Assembly: GCF_009914755.1 (NCBI RefSeq)
Contig: NC_060948.1
Strand: one strand, 5' to 3'
Source of the DNA: the human T2T-CHM13v2.0 reference genome, Homo sapiens
DNA length: 64,000 bases
The notes under the pieces were generated by a model. That model saw nothing but the letters and a program-made list of their open reading frames with translations, had not been told where the DNA came from and did no database searches. The position numbers and the translations under genes were made by a program. This document shows, one piece after another, positions 43,390 through 57,633 of this stretch (positions are counted from its first letter, which is position 1; each line of letters starts with the position of its first letter).

Positions 43390-46300
43390 TGGAAAGGAAT
43401 GCAATGATTTGGCATGGAATGGAATCGAATGGCATCGAATGGAATGGAATGGAATGCAATGGAATGGAATGTATTAGAATGTAATGAACTTTAATGGAAT
43501 GTACTCGAATGGATTCGACTGGAATGGAATGTTCTGGAAGTGAATGGACTCCAATGGAATGGATTCCAAAGGAATGGAATCGTACGGAATGGAATCTAAT
43601 GGAATGGAATTAAATGGAAATGAATCAAATTGAATAGCACGGAATTGAATTGAATGGAATGGAATGCAATGGAATCTAATGAAACGGAAAGGAAAGGAAT
43701 GGAATGGAATGGAATGGGCTGGAATGGAAAGGAATCGAAACGAATGGAATGGAATCGAACTGAAGAGACTGGAATGGAATGCACTGGAATGGAAGGGAGT
43801 GTAATGGAAGGTTCTCGAAAAAAATGGAATCGAATGGAATGGAATTGAATGGAACGGAATAGAGTCGAATGGAATTGAATGGAATGGAATGGACTAGAGT
43901 GAAATGGAATCGAACCACAAGGAATGGAGAGGAATAGAATGGTCTCGAATTGAATGGAATCGTATGGAATGGCATCAAACGGAATGGAATGGACAGCCAC
44001 GGAATGGAATGCACTCGAATGCAATGGAGTCGAAACTAATGGACTGGAATAGAATGGACTCGACTGGTACGGACTCCAATGGAATGGAATCGAATGGAAG
44101 GGAATCGAACGGAATGGACTCGAAGGGAAAAGACTGCAATGGAAAGGTCTCGAATGGAATGGAAATTAATGGAATGGAATGGAATCGAATGAAATGGAGT
44201 CAAAAGGAATGGAATCGAATGGCAACAAATCGAATGTAATGGAATCGCAAGGAATTGATGTGAACGGAACGGAATGGAATGGAATCCAAAGGAATGGAAT
44301 AGAATGGAATGGAATCGAATGGAAAGGACTCGAATGGAAATCACTCGAATAGAATGCAATTTAATAAAATAGGATCAAATGTAATGGAATGGAATGGAAA
44401 GGAATCGAAACCAAAGGAATGGAGACAGATGGAATGGAATGGAACAGAGAGCAATGGTATAGAATGGAATGGAATCATCTGGAATGGAATTGAATGGAAT
44501 GGAATAATATGAAATGGAATGGAATGGAATGGAATGGAATGCCCTTGAATTAAATGGACTGGAATGGAATGGACTCGAACAGAGTGGAATGGAATGTGTT
44601 GAGATAGAATGGAATGGACTCCTTTGGAATGGTGTAGTATGCAATGCAATCGACTGGCAGGGAATCAAAAGGAATGTAATGGAATGGACTGGACTGGAAT
44701 GCAATGGACTCGAATAGATTGCAAACGGAATGCAAAGGAATGGAATGGAATAGTATGGAATGGAATGGAAAGGAATGGAGTGGAATAGACTAGAGTGGAA
44801 TGGAATGGACTGGAAAGCAATGGACTGGAATGGAACTTTCTTGAATGGACTAGAATCAAACGGAATGGAATGCAATGCAATCAAATGGCATGGAATAAAA
44901 TAGAATGAAAGAGAATCAAATGGAATTGAATCGAATGGAATCGAATGGATTGGAAAGGAATAGAATGGAATGGAATGGAATTGACTCAAATGGAATGGAC
45001 TAGAATGGAATGGATTCGAATGGAAGGCAAAGGAATGGAATCTATTGGAATGGACTGTAATGGAATGGAATGGAAGGGATTGGAATGGACTCGAATGGAA
45101 TGGACTGCAATAGAAAGGATTCGAATGGAATGAAAAAGAATTGAATGGAATAGAACAGAATGGAATCAAATCGAATGAAATGGAATGGAATAGAAAGGAA
45201 TGGAATGAAATGGAATGGAAAGGATTCGAATGGAATGCAATCGAATGGAATGGAATCGAACGGAATGGAATAAAATGGAAGAAAACTGGCAAGAAATGGA
45301 ATCGAAATGAATGGAGTGTTATGGAACGGACTCAAAAGGAATTGAATGTAATAGAATGGAGTGGAGTGGACTCGAATATAATGGACTGGAATGGAATGAA
45401 ATCACATGGAATGGGAACGAATGGAATGGAATGGAAAGGAATGGAATCGAATGGAAAGGAATCGAATGGAAGGGAATGAAATTGAATCAACAGGAATGGA
45501 AGGGAATAGAATAGACGGTAATGGAATGGACTCGAATAGAATGGACACGAATGCTCAAATTGAATGGACTCGAATGGAATGGAAACGAAAGGAACGTCAT
45601 CGAATGGAATTGAATCGATTGGAATGAAATCGCATAGAATGGAGTGGAATCAAATGGAATTGAATCGAAAGGAAAGGAAGCGAATGGACTGAAATGAAAT
45701 GGAATGGAATTGAATGGAAAGTAATGCAATGGAATAGAATGGAACGAAATTTCACGGAATGGAATCAAACTGAAAGGAATCAAATCAATGGAATCCAATC
45801 AAATGGAATGGAAAGGAATTGAATGGAGTAGATTGGATTGGATGGGATTGCAATGAAATGTACTGGAAAGGACTCGAATTTCATGAAACGGAATGGAATG
45901 AATTGGAACGGAATGGACTCGAATGCAATGGAATGTCATGGAATGGCATCAAATGGAATGGCATCAAATGGAATGGAATTGAATGCAATGGAATGCTATG
46001 GAATGGAATGGAATGCATTGGAATGGAATGTCCTCTAATGGAATGGATTCGAGTGGAATGGAATCGAATATAATGGAGTCGAATGAAATGGAATTGAAAG
46101 GAATGGGATCGAATACAATGGAATATACTGGAATGTAATGTAATGAACTCGAATGTAATTGACTGGAATGGAATGTACATGAATGGAATGTAATCGAATG
46201 GAAAGTAATCCAATGGAATAGAATCTAATGCAATAAAATCGACTCAGATAGAGTAGAATGTAATGGAATGGAGTGCAGTGCAATGGAATGGAATGGAATG

Positions 46301-46953
46301 GAATGCAATGGAATGGAATGGAATGGAATGGAATGGAATGGAATGGGATGGGATGGAATGGTATGGAATGGATAGTAATGGACTGGAGTGAAATGGACTG
46401 GAAAGGAATGGACTCAAATTGAAAGGGCTCGAAAGGAATGGAGTCAAATGGAATGGTCTGGAATGGAATGAACACGAATGTAATGCAATCCAATAGAATG
46501 GAATCGAATGGCATGGAATATAAAGAAATGGAATCGGAGAGAATGGAAACAAATGGAATGGAATTGAATGGAATGGAATTGAATGGAATGGGAACGAATG
46601 GAGTGAAATTGTATGCAGTAGAAGGGAATAGAATGGAATGCAAGCGAAAGGAAAGGAATGGATTGGAATGGAATGGAATTCATTGGAATGGAAGGGAATG
46701 TAGTGTAATGGACAGGCCTGGAATAAAGTGGAATGCTACGGTCTCGAATGGAATAAAAATGTATGGAATGGAATGCAATGAAATGGAATCGAATGTCATA
46801 GAATGTAATGGAATGCAACAAAATGGAATCCAAAATCATTGACTGGAAAGGCTGGGTGTCGAAAGGAATTGACTCCAATGGAATGGAATCGAATGGAATG
46901 GAAGTGAATAGAATCGAACTAAATCGAATGGAATGGAATTGATAGGAACGGAA
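43390..46953 (+). repeat. DYZ1 monomer 14 (3564 bp), B-type
   Basis: B markers GGAACGTCAT (45591), GGGATGGGAT, GAATCGGAGA (46531). HaeIII site present (46715). Confidence 0.88.
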
Positions 46954-49900
46954 TGGAAAGGAATGCAATGATTTGGCATGGAATGGAATCGAATGGCATC
47001 GAATGGAATGGAATGGAATGCAATGGAATGGAATGTATTAGAATGTAATGAACTTTAATGGAATGTACTCGAATGGATTCGACTGGAATGGAATGTTGTG
47101 GAAGTGAATGGACTCCAATGGAATGGATTCAAAAGGAATGGAATTGTACGGAATGGAATCTAATGGAATGGAATTAAATGGAAATGAATCAAATTGAATA
47201 GCACGGAATTGAATTGAATGGAATGGAATGCAATGGAATCTAATGAAACGGAAAGGAAAGGAATGGAATGGAATGGAATGGGCTGGAATGGAAAGGAATC
47301 GAAACGAATGGAATGGAATCGAACTGAAGAGACTGGAATGGACTGCACTGGAATGGAAGGGAGTGTAATGGAAGGTTCTCGAAAAAAATGGAATCGAATG
47401 GAATGGAATTGAATGGAACGGAATAGAGTCGAATGGAATTGAATGGAATGGAATGGACTAGAGTGAAATGGAATCGAACCACAAGGAATGGACATGAATA
47501 GAATGGTCTCGAATTGAATGGAATCGTATGGAATGGCATCAAACGGAATGGAATGGACAGCCACGGAATGGAATGCACTCGAATGCAATGGAGTCGAAAC
47601 TAATGGACTGGAATAGAATGGACTCGACTGGTACGGACTCCAATGGAATGGAATGGAATGGAAGGGAATCGAACGGAATGGACTCGAAGGGAAAAGACTG
47701 CAATGGAAAGGTCTCGAATGGAATGGAAATAAATGGAATGGAATGGAATCGAATGAAATGGAGTCAAAAGGAATGGAATCGAATGGCAAGAAATCGAATG
47801 TAATGGAATCGCAAGGAATTGATGTGAACGGAACGGAATGGAATGGAATCCAAAGGAATGGAATAGAATGGAATGGAATCGAATGGAAAGGACTCGAATG
47901 GAAATCACTCGAATAGAATGCAATTTAATAAAATAGGACCAAATGTAATGGAATGGAGTGGAAAGGAATCGAAACGAAAGGAATGGAGACAGATGGAATG
48001 GAATGGAACAGAGAGCAATGGTATAGAATGGAATGGAATCATCTGGAATGGAATTGAATGGAATGGAATAATATGAAATGGAATGGAATGGAATGGAATG
48101 GAATGCCCTTGAATTAAATGGACTGGAATGGAATGGACTCGAACAGAGTGGAATGGAAAGTGTTGAGATAGAATGGAATGGACTCGTTTGGAATGGTCTA
48201 GTATGCAATGCAATCGACTGGCAGGGTATCAAAAGGAATGTAATGGAATGGATTGGACTGGAATGCAATGGACTCGAATAGATTGCAAACGGAATGCAAA
48301 GGAATGGAATGGAATAGTATGGAATGGAATGGAAAGGAATGGAGTGGAATAGACTAGAGTGGAATGGAATGGACTGGAAAGAAATGGACTGGAATGGAAC
48401 TTTCTTGGATGGACTGGAATCAAACGGAATGGAATGCAATGCAATCAAATGGCATGGAATAAAATAGAATGAAAGAGAATCAAATGGAATTGAATCGAAT
48501 GGAATCGAATGGATTGGAAAGGAATAGAATGGAATGGAATGGAATTGACTCAAATGGAATGGACCAGAATGGAATGGATTCGAATGGAAGGCAAAGGAAT
48601 GGAATCTATTGGAATGGACTGTAATGGAATGGAATGGAAGGGATTGGAATGGACTCGAATGGAATGGACTGCAATAGAAAGGATTCGAATGGAATGAAAA
48701 AGAATTGAATGGAATAGAACAGAATGGAATCAAATCGAATGAAATGGAATGGAATAGAAAGGAATGGAATGAAATGGAATGGAAAGGATTCGAATGGAAT
48801 GCAATCGAATGGAATGGAATCGAACGGAATGGAATAAAATGGAAGAAAACTGGCAAGAAATGGAATCGAAATGAATGGAGTGTTATAGAACGGACTCAAA
48901 AGGAATTGAATGTAATAGAATGGAGTGGAGTGGACTCGAATATAATGGACTGGAATGGAATGAAATCACATGGAATGGGAACGAATGGAATGGAATGGAA
49001 AGGAATGGAATTGAATGGAAAGGAATCGAATGGAAGGGAATGAAATTGAATCAACAGGAATGGAAGGGAATAGAATAGACGGTAATGGAATGGACTCGAA
49101 TTGAATGGACACGAATGCTCAAATTGAATGGACTCGAATGGAATGGAAACGAAAGGAATGTCATCGAATGGAATTGAATCGATTGGAATGAAATCGCATA
49201 GAATGGAGTGGAATCAAATGGAATTGAATCGAAAGGAAAGGAAGCGAATGGACTGAAATGAAATGGAATGGAATTGAATGGAAAGTAATGCAATGGAATA
49301 GAATGGAACGAAATTTCACGGAATGGAATCAAACTGAATGGAATCAAATCAATGGAATCTAATCAAATGGAATGGAAAGGAATTGAATGGAGTAGATTGG
49401 ATTGGATGGGATTGGAATGAAATGTACTGGAAAGGACTCGAATTTCATGAAACGGAATGGAATGAATTGGAACGGAATGGACTCGAATGGAATGGAATGT
49501 CATGGAATGGCATCAAATGGAATGGCATCAAATGGAATGGAATCGAATGCAATGTAATGCTATGGAATGAAATGGAATGCATTGGAATGGAATGTCCTCT
49601 AATGGAATGGATTCGAGTGGAATGGAATCGAATATAATGGAGTCGAATGAAATGGAATTGAAAGGAATGGGATCGAATACAATGGAATATACTGGAATGT
49701 AATGTAATGAACTCGAATGTAATTGACTGGAATGGAATGTACATGAATGGAATGTAATCGAATGGAAAGTAATCCAATGGAATAGAATCTAATGCAATAA
49801 AATCGACTCAAATAGAGTAGAATGTAATGGAATGGAGTGCAGTGCAATGGAATGGAATGGAATGGAATGCAATGGAATGGAATGGAATGGAATGGAATGG

Positions 49901-50516
49901 AATTTAATGGAATGGGATGGAATGGTATTGAATGGATAGTAATGGACTGGAGTGAAATGGACTGGAAAGGAATGGACTCAAATTGAAAGGGCTCGAAAGG
50001 AATGGAGTCAAATGGAATGGTCTGGAATGGAATGAACACGAATGTAATGCAATCCAATAGAATGGTATCGAATGGCATGGAATATAAAGAAATGGAATCG
50101 AAGAGAATGGAAACAAATGGAATGGAATTGAATGGAATGGAATTGAATGGAATGGGAACGAATGGAGTGAAATTGTATGCAGTAGAAGGTAATAGAATGG
50201 AATGCAAGCGAAAGGAAAGGAATGGATTGGAATGGAATGGAATTCATTGGAATGGAAGGGAATGTAGTGTAATGGACAGGTCTGGAATAAAGTGGAATGC
50301 TACGGTCTCAATGGAATAAAAATGTATGGAATGGAATGCAATGAAACGGAATCGAATGTCATAGAATGTAATGGAATGCAAAAAAATGGAATCCAAAATC
50401 ATTGACTGGAAAGGCTGGGTGTCGAAAGGAATTGACTCCAATGGAATGGAATCGAATGGAATGGAAGTGAATAGAATCGAACTAAATCGAATGGAATGGA
50501 ATTGATAGGAACGGAA
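46954..50516 (+). repeat. DYZ1 monomer 15 (3563 bp), A-type
   Basis: Markers GTTGTGG, GAATTGTACG, GGACTGCACT, GGACATGAATAG, TTCTTGGATGG, GGACCAGAA. HaeIII site lost. Confidence 0.88.
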
Positions 50517-53500
50517 TGGAAAGGAATGCAATGATTTGGCATGGAATGGAATCGAATGGCATCGAATGGAATGGAATGGAATGCAATGGAATGGAATGTA
50601 TTAGAATGTAATGAACTTTAATGGAATGTACTCGAATGGATTCGACTGGAATGGAATGTTCTGGAAGTGAATGGACTCCAATGGAATGGATTCCAAAGGA
50701 ATGGAATCGTACGGAATGGAATCTAATGGAATGGAATTAAATGGAAATGAATCAAATTGAATAGCACGGAATTGAATTGAATGGAATGGAATGCAATGGA
50801 ATCTAATGAAACGGAAAGGAAAGGAATGGAATGGAATGGAATGGGCTGGAATGGAAAGGAATCGAAACGAATGGAATGGAATCGAACTGAAGAGACTGGA
50901 ATGGAATGCACTGGAATGGAAGGGAGTGTAATGGAAGGTTCTCGAAAAAAATCGAATCGAATGGAATGGAATTGAATGGAACGGAATAGAGTCGAATGGA
51001 ATTGAATGGAATGGAATGGACTAGAGTGAAATGGAATCGAACCACAAGGAATGGAGAGGAATAGAATGGTCTCGAATTGAATGGAATCATATGGAATGGC
51101 ATCAAACGGAATGGAATGGACAGCCACGGAATGGAATGCACTCGAATGCAATGGAGTCGAAACTAATGGACTGGAATAGAATGGACTCGACTGGTACGGA
51201 CTCCAATGGAATGGAATCGAATGGAAGGGAATCGAACGGAATGGACTCGAAGGGAAAAGACTGCAATGGGAAGGTCTCGAATGGAATGGAAATTAATGGA
51301 ATGGAATGGAATCGAATGAAATGGAGTCAAAAGGAATGGAATCGAATGGCAAGAAATCGAATGTAATGGAATCGCAAGGAATTGATGTGAACGGAACGGA
51401 ATGGAATGGAATCCAAAGGAATGGAATAGAATGGAATGGAATCGAATGGAAAGGACTCGAATGGAAATCACTCGAATAGAATGCAATTTAATAAAATAGG
51501 ATCAAATGTAATGGAATGGAATGGAAAGGAATCGAAACGAAAGGAATGGAGACAGATGGAATGGAATGGAACAGAGAGCAATGGTATAGAATGGAATGGA
51601 ATCATCTGGAATGGAATTGAATGGAATGGAATAATATGAAATGGAATGGAATGGAATGGAATGGAATGCCCTTGAATTAAATGGACTGGAATGGAATGGA
51701 CTCGAACAGAGTGGAATGGAAAGTGTTGAGATAGAATGGAATGGACTCCTTTGGAATGGTGTAGTATGCAATGCAATCGACTGGCAGGGAATCAAAAGGA
51801 ATGTAATGGAATGGACTGGACTGGAATGCAATGGACTCGAATAGATTGGAAACGGAATGCAAAGGAATGGAATGGAATAGTATGGAATGGAATGGAAAGG
51901 AATGGAGTGGAATAGACTAGAGTGGAATGGAATGGACTGGAAAGCAATGGACTGGAATGGAACTTTCTTGAATGGACTAGAATCAAACGGAATGGAATGC
52001 AATGCAATCAAATGGCATGGAATAAAATAGAATGAAAGAGAATCAAATGGAATTGAATCGAATGGAATCGAATGGATTGGAAAGGAATAGAATGGAATGG
52101 AATGGAATTGACTCAAATGGAATGGACTAGAATGGAATGGATTCGAATGGAAGGCAAAGGAATGGAATCTATTGGAATGGACTGTAATGGAATGGAATGG
52201 AAGGGATTGGAATGGACTCGAATGGAATGGACTGCAATAGAAAGGATTCGAATGGAATGAAAAAGAATTGAATGGAATAGAACAGAATGGAATCAAATCG
52301 AATGAAATGGAATGGAATAGAAAGGAATGGAATGAAATGGAATGGAAAGGATTCGAATGGAATGCAATCGAATGGAATGGAATCGAACGGAATGGAATAA
52401 AATGGAAGAAAACTGGCAAGAAATGGAATCGAAATGAATGGAGTGTTATGGAACGGACTCAAAAGGAATTGAATGTAATAGAATGGAGTGGAGTGGACTC
52501 GAATATAATGGACTGGAATGGAATGAAATCACATGGAATGGGAACGAATGGAATGGAATGGAAAGGAATGGAATCGAATGGAAAGGAATCGAATGGAAGG
52601 GAATGAAATTGAATCAACAGGAATGGAAGGGAATAGAATAGACGGTAATGGAATGGACTCGAATAGAATGGACACGAATGCTCAAATTGAATGGACTCGA
52701 ATGGAATGGAAACGAAAGGAACGTCATCGAATGGAATTGAATCGATTGGAATGAAATCGCATAGAATGGAGTGGAATCAAATGGAATTGAATCGAAAGGA
52801 AAGGAAGCGAATGGACTGAAATGAAATGGAATGGAATTGAATGGAAAGTAATGCAATGGAATAGAATGGAACGAAATTTCACGGAATGGAATCAAACTGA
52901 ATGGAATCAAATCAATGGAATCCAATCAAATGGAATGGAAAGGAATTGAATGGAGTAGATTGGATTGGATGGGATTGGAATGAAATGTACTGGAAAGGAC
53001 TCGAATTTCATGAAACGGAATGGAATGAATTGGAACGGAATGGACTCGAATGCAATGGAATGTCATGGAATGGCATCAAATGGAATGGCATCAAATGGAA
53101 TGGAATCGAATGCAATGGAATGCTATGGAATGGAATGGAATGCATTGGAATGGAATGTCCTCTAATGGAATGGATTCGAGTGGAATGGAATCGAATATAA
53201 TGGAGTCGAATGAAATGGAATTGAAAGGAATGGGATCGAATACAATGGAATATACTGGAATGTAATGTAATGAACTCGAATGTAATTGACTGGAATGGAA
53301 TGTACATGAATGGAATGTAATCGAATGGAAAGTAATCCAATGGAATAGAATCTAATGCAATAAAATCGACTCAGATAGAGTAGAATGTAATGGAATGGAG
53401 TGCAGTGCAATGGAATGGAATGGAATGGAATGCAATGGAATGGAATGGAATGGAATGGAATGGAATGGAATGGAATGGGATGGGATGGAATGGTATGGAA

Positions 53501-54085
53501 TGGATAGTAATGGACTGGAGTGAAATGGACTGGAAAGGAATGGACTCAAATTGAAAGGGCTCGAAAGGAATGGAGTCAAATGGAATGGTCTGGAATGGAA
53601 TGAACACGAATGTAATGCAATCCAATAGAATGGAATCGAATGGCATGGAATATAAAGAAATGGAATCGGAGAGAATGGAAACAAATGGAATGGAATTGAA
53701 TGGAATGGAATTGAATGGAATGGGAACGAATGGAGTGAAATTGTATGCAGTAGAAGGGAATAGAATGGAATGCAAGCGAAAGGAAAGGAATGGATTGGAA
53801 TGGAATGGAATTCATTGGAATGGAAGGGAATGTAGTGTAATGGACAGGCCTGGAATAAAGTGGAATGCTACGGTCTCGAATGGAATAAAAATGTATGGAA
53901 TGGAATGCAATGAAATGGAATCGAATGTCATAGAATGTAATGGAATGCAACAAAATGGAATCCAAAATCATTGACTGGAAAGGCTGGGTGTCGAAAGGAA
54001 TTGACTCCAATGGAATGGAATCGAATGGAATGGAAGTGAATAGAATCGAACTAAATCGAATGGAATGGAATTGATAGGAACGGAA
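50517..54085 (+). repeat. DYZ1 monomer 16 (3569 bp), B-type
   Basis: Markers GGAGAGG, GGAACGTCAT, GAATCGGAGA. HaeIII site present (53847). Confidence 0.88.
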
Positions 54086-57000
54086 TGGAAAGGAATGCAA
54101 TGATTTGGCATGGAATGGAATCGAATGGCATCGAATGGAATGGAATGGAATGCAATGGAATGGAATGTATTAGAATGTAATGAACTTTAATGGAATGTAC
54201 TCGAATGGATTCGACTGGAATGGAATGTTGTGGAAGTGAATGGACTCCAATGGAATGGATTCAAAAGGAATGGAATTGTACGGAATGGAATCTAATGGAA
54301 TGGAATTAAATGGAAATGAATCAAATTGAATAGCACGGAATTGAATTGAATGGAATGGAATGCAATGGAATCTAATGAAACGGAAAGGAAAGGAATGGAA
54401 TGGAATGGAATGGGCTGGAATGGAAAGGAATCGAAACGAATGGAATGGAATCGAACTGAAGAGACTGGAATGGACTGCACTGGAATGGAAGGGAGTGTAA
54501 TGGAAGGTTCTCGAAAAAAATGGAATCGAATGGAATGGAATTGAATGGAACGGAATAGAGTCGAATGGAATTGAATGGAATGGAATGGACTAGAGTGAAA
54601 TGGAATCGAACCACAAGGAATGGACATGAATAGAATGGTCTCGAATTGAATGGAATCGTATGGAATGGCATCAAACGGAATGGAATGGACAGCCACGGAA
54701 TGGAATGCACTCGAATGCAATGGAGTCGAAACTAATGGACTGGAATAGAATGGACTCGACTGGTACGGACTCCAATGGAATGGAATCGAATGGAAGGGAA
54801 TCGAACGGAATGGACTCGAAGGGAAAAGACTGCAATGGAAAGGTCTCGAATGGAATGGAAATAAATGGAATGGAATGGAATCGAATGAAATGGAGTCAAA
54901 AGGAATGGAATCGAATGGCAAGAAATCGAATGTAATGGAATCGCAAGGAATTGATGTGAACGGAACGGAATGGAATGGAATCCAAAGGAATGGAATAGAA
55001 TGGAATGGAATCGAATGGAAAGGACTCGAATGGAAATCACTCGAATAGAATGCAATTTAATAAAATAGGACCAAATGTAATGGAATGGAATGGAAAGGAA
55101 TCGAAACGAAAGGAATGGAGACAGATGGAATGGAATGGAACAGAGAGCAATGGTATAGAATGGAATGGAATCATCTGGAATGGAATTGAATGGAATGGAA
55201 TAATATGAAATGGAATGGAATGGAATGGAATGGAATGCCCTTGAATTAAATGGACTGGAATGGAATGGACTCGAACAGAGTGGAATGGAAAGTGTTGAGA
55301 TAGAATGGAATGGACTCGTTTGGAATGGTCTAGTATGCAATGCAATCGACTGGCAGGGTATCAAAAGGAATGTAATGGAATGGATTGGACTGGAATGCAA
55401 TGGACTCGAATAGATTGCAAACGGAATGCAAAGGAATGGAATGGAATAGTATGGAATGGAATGGAAAGGAATGGAGTGGAATAGACTAGAGTGGAATGGA
55501 ATGGACTGGAAAGAAATGGACTGGAATGGAACTTTCTTGGATGGACTGGAATCAAACGGAATGGAATGCAATGCAATCAAATGGCATGGAATAAAATAGA
55601 ATGAAAGAGAATCAAATGGAATTGAATCGAATGGAATCGAATGGATTGGAAAGGAATAGAATGGAATGGAATGGAATTGACTCAAATGGAATGGACCAGA
55701 ATGGAATGGATTCGAATGGAAGGCAAAGGAATGGAATCTATTGGAATGGACTGTAATGGAATGGAATGGAAGGGATTGGAATGGACTCGAATGGAATGGA
55801 CTGCAATAGAAAGGATTCGAATGGAATGAAAAAGAATTGAATGGAATAGAACAGAATGGAATCAAATCGAATGAAATGGAATGGAATAGAAAGGAATGGA
55901 ATGAAATGGAATGGAAAGGATTCGAATGGAATGCAATCGAATGGAATGGAATCGAACGGAATGGAATAAAATGGAAGAAAACTGGCAAGAAATGGAATCG
56001 AAATGAATGGAGTGTTATAGAACGGACTCAAAAGGAATTGAATGTAATAGAATGGAGTGGAGTGGACTCGAATATAATGGACTGGAATGGAATGAAATCA
56101 CATGGAATGGGAACGAATGGAATGGAATGGAAAGGAATGGAATTGAATGGAAAGGAATCGAATGGAAGGGAATGAAATTGAATCAACAGGAATGGAAGGG
56201 AATAGAATAGACGGTAATGGAATGGACTCGAATTGAATGGACACGAATGCTCAAATTGAATGGACTCGAATGGAATGGAAACGAAAGGAATGTCATCGAA
56301 TGGAATTGAATCGATTGGAATGAAATCGCATAGAATGGAGTGGAATCAAATGGAATTGAATCGAAAGGAAAGGAAGCGAATGGACTGAAATGAAATGGAA
56401 TGGAATTGAATGGAAAGTAATGCAATGGAATAGAATGGAACGAAATTTCACGGAATGGAATCAAACTGAATGGAATCAAATCAATGGAATCTAATCAAAT
56501 GGAATGGAAAGGAATTGAATGGAGTAGATTGGATTGGATGGGATTGGAATGAAATGTACTGGAAAGGACTCGAATTTCATGAAACGGAATGGAATGAATT
56601 GGAACGGAATGGACTCGAATGGAATGGAATGTCATGGAATGGCATCAAATGGAATGGCATCAAATGGAATGGAATCGAATGCAATGTAATGCTATGGAAT
56701 GAAATGGAATGCATTGGAATGGAATGTCCTGTAATGGAATGGATTCGAGTGGAATGGAATCGAATATAATGGAGTCGAATGAAATGGAATTGAAAGGAAT
56801 GGGATCGAATACAATGGAATATACTGGAATGTAATGTAATGAACTCGAATGTAATTGACTGGAATGGAATGTACATGAATGGAATGTAATCGAATGGAAA
56901 GTAATCCAATGGAATAGAATCTAATGCAATAAAATCGACTCAGATAGAGTAGAATGTAATGGAATGGAGTGCAGTGCAATGGAATGGAATGGAATGGAAT

Positions 57001-57633
57001 GCAATGGAATGGAATGGAATGGAATGGAATGGAATTTAATGGAATGGGATGGAATGGTATGGAATGGATAGTAATGGACTGGAGTGAAATGGACTGGAAA
57101 GGAATGGACTCAAATTGAAAGGGCTCGAAAGGAATGGAGTCAAATGGAATGGTCTGGAATGGAATGAACACGAATGTAATGCAATCCAATAGAATGGTAT
57201 CGAATGGCATGGAATATAAAGAAATGGAATCGAAGAGAATGGAAACAAATGGAATGGAATTGAATGGAATGGGAACGAATGGAGTGAAATTGTATGCAGT
57301 AGAAGGTAATAGAATGGAATGCAAGCGAAAGGAAAGGAATGGATTGGAATGGAATGGAATTCATTGGAATGGAAGGGAATGTAGTGTAATGGACAGGTCT
57401 GGAATAAAGTGGAATGCTACGGTCTCAATGGAATAAAAATGTATGGAATGGAATGCAATGAAACGGAATCGAATGTCATAGAATGTAATGGAATGCAAAA
57501 AAATGGAATCCAAAATCATTGACTGGAAAGGCTGGGTGTCGAAAGGAATTGACTCCAATGGAATGGAATCGAATGGAATGGAAGTGAATAGAATCGAACT
57601 AAATCGAATGGAATGGAATTGATAGGAACGGAA
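54086..57633 (+). repeat. DYZ1 monomer 17 (3548 bp), A-type
   Basis: Same A markers as monomer 15, plus -15 near 57260. HaeIII site lost. Confidence 0.88.
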
